From the sequence record MN159079.1: a stretch of 64,000 nt of DNA. One strand, given 5' to 3'. How positions within the stretch are numbered: the first letter of the stretch is position 1; every line of letters starts with the position of its first letter. Of the stretch, positions 9,081 through 16,547 are shown one piece after another. The notes beneath the pieces are model-generated. The model had not been told where the DNA came from, searched no databases, and saw only the letters and a list, made by a program, of their open reading frames with translations. The position numbers and the translations under genes are program-made.

Positions 9081-9302
9081 ATGCCCATTGTGGAAATCTT
9101 TCTTGGTTTGTTGGCTTTACTGTACCTGTTTATAGGTTGGGAGATTTTCGCACCTATGGGTTGGTACTTCGGTGAGCCGTTCAAACGGACCTGGTATAAC
9201 AACGTGTTATACTTTATCGCATTCCCCACTGCTGTTGTGATGTGGTTGCCGATTCTCGCAGTCATTGTCATTGGTGGGGTGACGTTTAACCGCAAACCGT
9301 AA
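9081..9302 (+). CDS. Small membrane protein
   Basis: AAGGAG RBS; two or three hydrophobic segments. Confidence 0.75.
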   Translation: MPIVEIFLGLLALLYLFIGWEIFAPMGWYFGEPFKRTWYNNVLYFIAFPTAVVMWLPILAVIVIGGVTFNRKP

Positions 9303-9307
9303 ATAAA

Positions 9308-9337
9308 GCTAGAGCTACCCAAGCGGGTAGCTCTAGC
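9308..9337. terminator. Bidirectional terminator between convergent genes
   Basis: GCTAGAGCTACCC-AAGC-GGGTAGCTCTAGC with A/T-rich flanks. Confidence 0.85.
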
Positions 9338-9344
9338 TATTACA

Positions 9345-9962
9345 TTAATTATTTTTCGTTTTTGCCGCAATCACATGTTCGGCATAGAACACGGGAATAA
9401 CGTAGTTCTGCATGGCGACACAGAGTGGTGTCACACTTCCTGAGCGCTTCGTAGAGGCGTTTATTGCATTATCTATGGAAACGGTCAGCTTGTCCCAATA
9501 AAGGTCGCCAAGGAGTCCCTGGACATCTTTAATCGACTTCTTACCTGAATTGAGAACAATTGCGTATTCTTTCTTATCGGTAAGATAAAAGATCCCAAAG
9601 GAAACAACCTTATCTTCGATCTTCACAATGAGATCACTCTCTTTGATCTTGGTCGGAGCTATTTCAAAATCACGGAAGATGTCGAGCAGTGTTTGCTTCT
9701 CTATCAGTGCGTCGGCATGGAAATACGGAGCACCGGCCCTTGTCAGGAAACAAGCTCTCATGATTCCGTTCGCAAACGTCTTTACCGGTTCAATCTGTAC
9801 ATTATCGGGAGCTATCCCTAGATAACGCTGCCGGGCCAGATCTATCTTCTTTTGGTCGCCTTCGAGATGTATTTCGTTCAGTCGCTTAGTGACGTAAGCT
9901 TTGATGGCGGAGAAGACTGGATCTTTGATGACCTTACTCCGCTCTATTTTATCGGTGATCAT
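9345..9962 (-). CDS. Hypothetical protein (lone inverted gene)
   Basis: AGGAG RBS before ATG at 9962; about 205 aa; ends at the bidirectional terminator. Confidence 0.75.
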   Translation of the reverse strand: MITDKIERSKVIKDPVFSAIKAYVTKRLNEIHLEGDQKKIDLARQRYLGIAPDNVQIEPVKTFANGIMRACFLTRAGAPYFHADALIEKQTLLDIFRDFEIAPTKIKESDLIVKIEDKVVSFGIFYLTDKKEYAIVLNSGKKSIKDVQGLLGDLYWDKLTVSIDNAINASTKRSGSVTPLCVAMQNYVIPVFYAEHVIAAKTKNN

Positions 9963-10062
9963 AACGTTCTCCTGTAACTGGATCAAAAGATCCTTTTAGT
10001 AAAATACTAATCTTGTTATCTTAGGAGCGAATTCCGCTATTAATTTAAACTTGGAGTAAGGT

Positions 10063-10671
10063 ATGCAGATCAGAAAGCAATTTGATCCCAACAACCTTCC
10101 CGAAGATATCAACAGTATCTATGATCAGAGTCGCTACATTCCGAAACGTAGCGGTGGACCGAACACTCCTAACGAATGGTTTTGGAGTGATCTCCATATT
10201 GACCATTTACCAGCGCTTAAGGCGCGTGGTTGGTTCGGTACTTTACAAGAGTATCAAGATTACGTTGCATTTATCTGGGACACCCACGTTAAAGATATCG
10301 ACACCATTCACTTGGTAGGCGATATCGCATTAACATGGCAGGGGTTGCGTTGGATCAGCGAGAGGACTGGGAAGAAGATTCTCTATATGGGTAACCATGA
10401 CACAGAACGCGAGAACTGTATTCGTGACCTCCTCTCTGTTTACGACGACATCAGGGGATTCTGGAAACACAAGAAAGGTTTCTACATTGGACATTGCCCA
10501 AGTCACCCTAGTGAGTTACGTGGAAGAAGAATGATCCATGGCCATACTCACACCAAGGTAATACAAGATCAGCGCTTCATTAACGTTGCTATCGATCTTC
10601 TTCCTAACGGTCCTGTTAACATGAAGGACTTGGTGTCAGGAGATTACCGTAGTTATCGAGACCCTGCATAA
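10063..10671 (+). CDS. Calcineurin-like metallophosphoesterase
   Basis: All five family motifs: WSDLH, VGD, GNHD, GHCP, HGHTH. Confidence 0.9.
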   Translation: MQIRKQFDPNNLPEDINSIYDQSRYIPKRSGGPNTPNEWFWSDLHIDHLPALKARGWFGTLQEYQDYVAFIWDTHVKDIDTIHLVGDIALTWQGLRWISERTGKKILYMGNHDTERENCIRDLLSVYDDIRGFWKHKKGFYIGHCPSHPSELRGRRMIHGHTHTKVIQDQRFINVAIDLLPNGPVNMKDLVSGDYRSYRDPA

Positions 10672-10674
10672 ACT

Positions 10675-10706
10675 AATCCATCACTGCCTTAGGGTGGTGA
10701 TGGGTT
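10675..10706 (+). terminator. Hairpin, probable terminator
   Basis: AATCCATCACTGCC-TTAG-GGTGGTGATGGGTT (with G-U pairs). Confidence 0.6.
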
Positions 10707-10727
10707 GATCTCCATATCTTTTCAAGT

Positions 10728-10743
10728 AGATATTATCTAAGTG
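10728..10743 (+). promoter_or_regulatory. Putative phage early promoter, copy 4
   Basis: TATCTTTTCAAGT-AGATATTATCTAAGTG. Confidence 0.65.
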
Positions 10744-10775
10744 CATTCATAATCAAAATTGCTAAGGAGCAATAA

Positions 10776-11249
10776 ATGAATCTCTTAAATAAAGCACTCG
10801 TCAAAATGTTCATGTTGGCAGGTTGCCGGAGTCGAATCTGTGGGAGGGATCGTCAAGTCTTCATTCTGAAGAAATGTGTGGTGAAGATACCGGTGATGTC
10901 CAATGGCTGGTTTGAATTCGTCCGTGGTTATTATTCCAATCTCAAAGAGATGGATAGCATCCGAGGTTACGAAGGTAATTTCCAGGAACATCTTCCAGAA
11001 ATACTGGGGAGTTATTTATTTGGGTTAGTCGTCGTTTACAAGAAATATCGTGAGATTATGGATGGTAAAGATGACAATGAAACCGGCGACTTTGCCGAGT
11101 ACACTAGGTTCCTAGGTAAACTTGATGACATCCGGAGAAATGAGAAAAACTCAGAAAAATATATCTGGACTCAAGACACCAAGATCTTTAACTTCGGCTG
11201 GGATAAATATGGCCGGGTGGTAGTCATCGATCTGGGGACACCTTACTAA
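10776..11249 (+). CDS. Minimal protein-kinase-like protein A
   Basis: GRDRQV (Gly-loop), VVKIP (beta3 Lys), NLKE (alphaC Glu), DTKIFN (catalytic DxxxxN), IDLG (DFG equivalent); ends 3 aa later. Confidence 0.75.
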   Translation: MNLLNKALVKMFMLAGCRSRICGRDRQVFILKKCVVKIPVMSNGWFEFVRGYYSNLKEMDSIRGYEGNFQEHLPEILGSYLFGLVVVYKKYREIMDGKDDNETGDFAEYTRFLGKLDDIRRNEKNSEKYIWTQDTKIFNFGWDKYGRVVVIDLGTPY

Positions 11250-11265
11250 CAAAGAGGGAATAATT

Positions 11266-11664
11266 ATGTCTGAAGTAAACATGAGTGAACTTATGAAGAA
11301 AGTTCATGAGAAAGGAATGAAAGCGTTTGAGGAAATGGACCATAAGGAGCGCTGGGCTTTCTGGACCGCAGTTTCCGTCCCACCTCTCCGTTTTGTTCTT
11401 CGTAACGCAATGTCTTGCGAAGATAAGAAGTTGCGGTATGACCATCGTGACATTTCGTTGGTGCTGGGTTACGTATTGGGAATGTACAAGGTCGCTCCCA
11501 TCCGTGACCTCATGAACAGTCAATCCATTCGCCTGGCCATTGTGGTTCTCCTGGACGCAATGACCGAGATGAAAGAAATGGATACGGTCATGGATGACAT
11601 GGTCAATATCGCGGCCAAAACGATGAACACCATCGACAACAAGATACTCTACTATTACCAATAG
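11266..11664 (+). CDS. Hypothetical all-helical, Met-rich protein between the two kinase-like genes
   Basis: GAGGG RBS, 132 aa. Confidence 0.75.
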   Translation: MSEVNMSELMKKVHEKGMKAFEEMDHKERWAFWTAVSVPPLRFVLRNAMSCEDKKLRYDHRDISLVLGYVLGMYKVAPIRDLMNSQSIRLAIVVLLDAMTEMKEMDTVMDDMVNIAAKTMNTIDNKILYYYQ

Positions 11665-11672
11665 GCGGGTGT

Positions 11673-12062
11673 ATGAAACCTGAAGTCATTGGAACAACTC
11701 GCCACGTAAGGTTATTCAAACATTTCGTGGTAAAGTTTCCTAGGATGACAACGTGGTATGAGAAAGGCTTTAATCTAAGAGTCTTTCTCAATAACCTTTA
11801 TCTCAATCGTAGAGAGCGCAGATTGGCAAAGAAGTATAAGGGAGCCGAAGGTATTCCTCATATTTACTTTGCAGACCCATTCGGTTTTGTTGTTGTAATG
11901 AAACGTTATAACACTAACCTGAAGACTGAACAATTCTGCGCACTTTATAATTCACTACTCGACAGGACTGAAATAGATCCTGAATTTTGGGAAGATGATT
12001 CGACTGTCCCTAACTTCGGTTTAACTGAGGACGGGAAACTTGTTAAAATTGATTTGGGGTAA
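11673..12062 (+). CDS. Minimal protein-kinase-like protein B
   Basis: GTTRHV, VVKFP, NRRE, PHIYFADPFGFVVVMKRY, DSTVPNFG, KIDLG-stop; colinear with 10776..11249. Confidence 0.75.
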   Translation: MKPEVIGTTRHVRLFKHFVVKFPRMTTWYEKGFNLRVFLNNLYLNRRERRLAKKYKGAEGIPHIYFADPFGFVVVMKRYNTNLKTEQFCALYNSLLDRTEIDPEFWEDDSTVPNFGLTEDGKLVKIDLG

Positions 12063-12065
12063 CTA

Positions 12066-12422
12066 ATGCAACACTGTACTTTTGATACTGTAGGTGAATT
12101 GGTAGGCGTCTTAAATGGTCTCGGGAAACCCGAAGCCATGGTGGATAGCTTTTATGTCTATGAACGACAGGAAAGAAACTACATCGTGATGGAACAAACT
12201 GATGAAGGTGAAACTTCTTTCAACTTTGCTCCAGTTCGTCACCGTCACCCTTATCAAGGTTATGACGATATTGTAATCTCGTCCTCACTTACAGTGGGTA
12301 AGTTTATCGAGATGTTAGAAACTTTCCCGCTGGATACGCACATCAAGTACATCCGGTTGAAAGGTGCCGACAACATGGTGGCAATGAACGTTGAAGAAGA
12401 CGGCATTGTAATCCACGATTAA
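12066..12422 (+). CDS. Hypothetical protein with an internal duplication
   Basis: TVGELVGVLNGL and TVGKFIEMLETFP repeats. Confidence 0.7.
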   Translation: MQHCTFDTVGELVGVLNGLGKPEAMVDSFYVYERQERNYIVMEQTDEGETSFNFAPVRHRHPYQGYDDIVISSSLTVGKFIEMLETFPLDTHIKYIRLKGADNMVAMNVEEDGIVIHD

Positions 12423-12432
12423 GGAGACTGTT

Positions 12433-12813
12433 ATGAACAATAAACATTACTACATTCCTGAGCCTAAAACCTTAGGAGTATTTGCCCGGGCATTGGAAAA
12501 TCATCTCATCACCAAACTGGCCCAAGATACAATGGGTCATGTCAACTATCCAGCACAAGGTAAGTTTCTGAATCCTGGTGCTTATTCATCCCCAGGACTT
12601 AGTGCAATGTCATCCAAGGATGACACTATGTTCAGGGTGGAAGAAGAGAATGGGTACGATCTCGTATCCAGGTACATGGAGACCATGGATCCAAATTGGG
12701 AAGGCGAACCTTATATTCCTCCCTCCACCAGGACACCCCGTGATCTCCTGGAAATGAAAACCCACGGGGCTTTGAAGCGCAGCTTCCAACCCCCTAAACG
12801 TACCAAGTACTAA
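12433..12813 (+). CDS. Hypothetical protein
   Basis: AAGGAG RBS, 126 aa. Confidence 0.75.
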   Translation: MNNKHYYIPEPKTLGVFARALENHLITKLAQDTMGHVNYPAQGKFLNPGAYSSPGLSAMSSKDDTMFRVEEENGYDLVSRYMETMDPNWEGEPYIPPSTRTPRDLLEMKTHGALKRSFQPPKRTKY

Positions 12814-12842
12814 CCCGCCTCGATAATAATAAAGGAAATGAA

Positions 12843-13205
12843 ATGTTTGACTTTTCTGGTGTAAAGAAGAAGTTCCGTAAGAGTTTGAAGAAGCGTTACG
12901 GCACTATTGTCCCGATGGTTGTTGGTGGTGACAAACAGATCTACAACTTCCTGAGTATGTTCGCTGGACCGCAGCATTTCCGGCGTGTTAAGTTCCAGTG
13001 GAGACACGAACGGGCACCGTTCTGTTTCCGACCGGTACTCGACGGATACCAGTGCGTCAAAACAGGTTTGATCATCCAAGCTGACAATGTGTTAGCAATG
13101 ACCAATCAATTTGAAACAATGGCCAGGACTGCCAAGGAAGAAGGGAAGCTCGAAGAGCTGACTAAACGCCGCGTCAGTTACGAGCTCAATCACAAACGTT
13201 TTTAA
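12843..13205 (+). CDS. Hypothetical basic protein
   Basis: AAGGA RBS, 120 aa. Confidence 0.7.
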   Translation: MFDFSGVKKKFRKSLKKRYGTIVPMVVGGDKQIYNFLSMFAGPQHFRRVKFQWRHERAPFCFRPVLDGYQCVKTGLIIQADNVLAMTNQFETMARTAKEEGKLEELTKRRVSYELNHKRF

Positions 13206-13216
13206 TAGGAATACCC

Positions 13217-13636
13217 ATGAACGCCTATCTCAAGAGCTGCATCAACGACGTTAAGTTTTCGATGCTGTTAAAACGCAGACTTACCTGGCACTGGATAATG
13301 GTTAACATCGTCATACCGGTGCGGTGTTATTTCAGAGCCAGGGAAATTGTCTATGTCGACATGGGTGTGTGGTTTACCTATAAAGGAGTAACCATGTGTC
13401 CGGTCGAATGGAAACTCCAACCCAAATGGTTCCCATGGACATTGGGTCCTTCCCACAAAGGTTATCGGGTTCATGGTTACAACAAACCTTTTGAACTCAC
13501 TAGCGAAGTAGAAGTCATGTTGTATTGCGAACAGCTCGCATACCACAACAGTCGTTTACTTAAATCGGCCAATACGCTCACCAAGAAGCTTGATGAGATG
13601 GTGGCTAACATGGAAAAACAACTTCTCGAAGGTTAA
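13217..13636 (+). CDS. Hypothetical protein
   Basis: AGGA RBS, 139 aa. Confidence 0.7.
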   Translation: MNAYLKSCINDVKFSMLLKRRLTWHWIMVNIVIPVRCYFRAREIVYVDMGVWFTYKGVTMCPVEWKLQPKWFPWTLGPSHKGYRVHGYNKPFELTSEVEVMLYCEQLAYHNSRLLKSANTLTKKLDEMVANMEKQLLEG

Positions 13637-13637
13637 C

Positions 13638-15020
13638 ATGACCGACGAACAATATATCAATGAAGAGGTAAGTGAAATGAACCAACATGATAACACGTTC
13701 CAGGTTGGACTCCGCCGTCTCCAAATCGCCATTTCCGGTGGTTGGGGTGAAAAGGAGCGTCAGATCGCTAAGGCGGCAACAGAGCTCTATATGAAGAACA
13801 AGCGCGAGTTCTTGCTCTGCAAAGACCCTGTTGCGTTAGCAGGAATGATGGGTAATACTGAGCGTTACCCTGAACTCGAGGGACTCCTGGAAACAGGGAC
13901 TATCGCAACCAATGCAATCCTTCACGCATTTGTATCCACCACTCAATTCAACTACAAGTATGATGAGTGGGCCGGCGATACCATGGGTTACTGGGGTGTC
14001 AATCCCGGTACCATCAAGAACAAGTTTGAACACTGGTACCTGGAACTCATTCGTCAGCTGATGACCGAGACCTCCAAGGATGACCGCACTGGAACAGGGA
14101 CTCGTTCCCTGACCACCGCCGTGTACAAACACGATCTTCGTGAATCGTTCCCTCTGCTCCGTAGCCGATTCCTGAAACCGGAGAACCCTGGTAAGGAATA
14201 CATCTGGATGCTTTCCGGTTCCAACAACGAAAAGGAACTGGCTGCAATGGGTGTTCCCTTCTGGAGCGAGTTTGCCGATGAGACCGGTGATCTGGGTCCT
14301 GTGTACGGTTACCTGTGGCGCTACTGGCCTAATGGTGACGGCACCACCACCGACCAAATCGAATACGTTCTGGAGACTCTCCGCAAGTCCCCTGAAAGTC
14401 GACGTGCTGTGGTCAGTTGTTGGCACCCTGGGTTGATCCCCGATAGCAAGACTCCGCCCAAGGAAAACTACAAGGTAGGGAAACAAGCACTGACTCCGTG
14501 TCACTATGCTTTCCAATTCCTGGCAAGTCCCATCGGGTTCTGTGAGCGTCTGGCGTGGGCTAAACAACACAAGCCCGAACAGATCGCATTCCTGTATCCC
14601 GTGACCGGGTATGACTGGACCGAAAGGACAGAAGAAGCAATGAATCGGATTGGAGTACCCAAGTACTACCTGGACCTCCAATTCAACATGCGGAGCTCCG
14701 ATACTGTTCTGGGTCTTCCGGCAAACTTCAACTTCTACGGGCACATGTGTCACGCATTCGCCAAAGAGTTGAACATGGTTCCTCGTTTCCTGTCCTACAC
14801 CGGGACTGACGTCCATTTGTACGTCAACCATATCAAGGGTATGAAAGAAGTCTTTGATTGGGTGAAACAAAACAAAGAGAAAGTCTTTGACGAAGTATCC
14901 CAAATCAAAATCGTGGGTGAGTTCGAAAACCTGTACGACATGAAGCCTGAAAACTTCGAGTACATCAACTACAGCCGTGAGCTGGTCGGTCCGGCCAAAC
15001 GCTTCCCGGTTGCTGTTTAA
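13638..15020 (+). CDS. thyA: Thymidylate synthase with N-terminal extension and internal insertion
   Basis: DRTGTGT, FPLL, WML.GS.N, GDLGPVYG..WR, catalytic LTPCH, RSSD..LGLPAN (dUMP-specifying Asn), DVHLYVNH; start 13638 or 13677. Confidence 0.95.
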   Translation: MTDEQYINEEVSEMNQHDNTFQVGLRRLQIAISGGWGEKERQIAKAATELYMKNKREFLLCKDPVALAGMMGNTERYPELEGLLETGTIATNAILHAFVSTTQFNYKYDEWAGDTMGYWGVNPGTIKNKFEHWYLELIRQLMTETSKDDRTGTGTRSLTTAVYKHDLRESFPLLRSRFLKPENPGKEYIWMLSGSNNEKELAAMGVPFWSEFADETGDLGPVYGYLWRYWPNGDGTTTDQIEYVLETLRKSPESRRAVVSCWHPGLIPDSKTPPKENYKVGKQALTPCHYAFQFLASPIGFCERLAWAKQHKPEQIAFLYPVTGYDWTERTEEAMNRIGVPKYYLDLQFNMRSSDTVLGLPANFNFYGHMCHAFAKELNMVPRFLSYTGTDVHLYVNHIKGMKEVFDWVKQNKEKVFDEVSQIKIVGEFENLYDMKPENFEYINYSRELVGPAKRFPVAV

Positions 15021-15035
15021 TGGTTGCTTAACAAT

Positions 15036-15064
15036 GGTTAGTGCGGGGAATCCCCGCACTAACC
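15036..15064 (+). terminator. Hairpin after thyA
   Basis: GGTTAGTGCGGGGA-A-TCCCCGCACTAACC; no clear U tract. Confidence 0.65.
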
Positions 15065-15125
15065 TGCTACCATCAATTTCTCTAACAACGTTAACTGGAG
15101 AGCAGAAAACTAAAAGGGAATAGTC

Positions 15126-15434
15126 ATGCAATTTGTATTAGGTCATTTAGTGCTTAATGGCTCTGTGTTAGTAGGTTACTATCTGATCTTTGTTTTGATC
15201 AGTCAAGTATTCAGGGACGATTATCGTCGTTACCAAGTCAGAAGGATATGCAGGATAATTCTGCTATCTTATTTCTCTTGGTATACCTGGGGCTTAGAAA
15301 GTCTGGCAATCGCTAATGATGCACTCGTGCATGTTAGAATGACTGCCCTCATTATCGCCATCTGTGCTTTACAAAATGCAGTTGGTTGTTTAATCGCTAA
15401 AGAAGAAAGGAAAGCTAGTTATGATTACCGCTGA
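15126..15434 (+). CDS. Small multi-TM membrane protein
   Basis: Three hydrophobic helices; AT-rich codons. Confidence 0.7.
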   Translation: MQFVLGHLVLNGSVLVGYYLIFVLISQVFRDDYRRYQVRRICRIILLSYFSWYTWGLESLAIANDALVHVRMTALIIAICALQNAVGCLIAKEERKASYDYR

Positions 15435-15702
15435 ATTGATCCTCGGAATCTTGTTTGTTTACATCACCTCTATGTTTGGTTCCATGTTGATTAAGCCAGG
15501 AGCTGATGGTAAAGTGATCCGTAGTACTATCACTGTTATCGCTTTTATCATCCTGGGGATCCTAATCTGTTCTGTTAACCATCGGAACAGTTGGTTATAT
15601 CTTGCATTTACAAGATCAGTTGGCGGGATACTGTTAGCTCTCGCAGCAGCTCATGTTGTAATGATCGTAGATATTCACCGCAAAACCAATCATAAGAAAT
15701 AA
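15421..15702 (+). CDS. Small multi-TM membrane protein
   Basis: Three hydrophobic helices; overlaps the upstream gene. Confidence 0.7.
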   Translation: MITAELILGILFVYITSMFGSMLIKPGADGKVIRSTITVIAFIILGILICSVNHRNSWLYLAFTRSVGGILLALAAAHVVMIVDIHRKTNHKK

Positions 15703-15712
15703 GGAGGTCGTC

Positions 15713-16111
15713 ATGACTGTTAAAATTGACGCACTGAACATATTCGACACTAACGATATTTTCTCGCTGGTGTTTGAATCGCGTAACCGTGAAATTGAAG
15801 ACGGAACCATTTTGAAAAGTGATGTTGCTGGCGTTAAAACCACACTCCATCTGTTTAATCAAAAAGGTTCTCTGATCATTGAAGGTTCAATTGGCCACTC
15901 CACCATACTCATTGCCCATGTTAACAACAAGTGGCTGATGTATATGAACAAGGATACCAATACCTTGCCGGCGGGTGCCTTGCGTAAACAACGCATCCAG
16001 TATTTCAACACCGTAATGAAGAACCCAGCGACAACTGGTACTTCTTGCGAAACCGACGACTGGGATTCCTTCGCAGGAACCATCTGTCGTTTTATTAAGG
16101 ACGCGCGATGA
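15713..16111 (+). CDS. Hypothetical protein
   Basis: AAGGAGG RBS, 132 aa. Confidence 0.8.
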   Translation: MTVKIDALNIFDTNDIFSLVFESRNREIEDGTILKSDVAGVKTTLHLFNQKGSLIIEGSIGHSTILIAHVNNKWLMYMNKDTNTLPAGALRKQRIQYFNTVMKNPATTGTSCETDDWDSFAGTICRFIKDAR

Positions 16112-16323
16112 CCGGATATGAGGGGATGTTCTTTGTCCTTCTCATGCTAATCCCCATGACGATTATTTCGATTGGATTGGGGATGCGTGATCAGGACGTG
16201 ACCAAAACAAGTATGAAGAACTTCAAGATCAAACTTAACCACTTCTGTGGATTCATCACAATAGCTGGTGCGTTGGCTTATGGGTTCTTCCTATTCTTTC
16301 TGAAACAAGGTATAGCATGGTAG
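16108..16323 (+). CDS. Small two-TM membrane protein
   Basis: ATGA overlap; two hydrophobic helices. Confidence 0.7.
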   Translation: MTGYEGMFFVLLMLIPMTIISIGLGMRDQDVTKTSMKNFKIKLNHFCGFITIAGALAYGFFLFFLKQGIAW

Positions 16324-16538
16324 ATTTCTTTAAGCAGTTTTACGGTGAGGTGATCAACACCTGGTACGTCTTTTTGCTGATCCCGTTCGTGAGTGGTCCC
16401 GTGATCACTTTCTTGACGTGGTTGAAGACCCGCAAGGATGTGAACCGTGAAACCTGGATAAGGATCTACATGAACGAGGTGGCGTCAGAGTACGCCATCT
16501 ACGTTATTATCGTGGGTCTGGTTTTGTATTTTAAATAA
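16317..16538 (+). CDS. Small two-TM membrane protein
   Basis: Overlaps the upstream stop; two hydrophobic helices. Confidence 0.7.
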   Translation: MVDFFKQFYGEVINTWYVFLLIPFVSGPVITFLTWLKTRKDVNRETWIRIYMNEVASEYAIYVIIVGLVLYFK

Positions 16539-16547
16539 GGAAGGAAC

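Noticed and set aside
15036-15064. Stem containing GAATCCCC, resembling a tRNA T-arm
   Set aside because: A single perfect hairpin with no cloverleaf, anticodon arm or CCA; better read as a terminator or processing stem.
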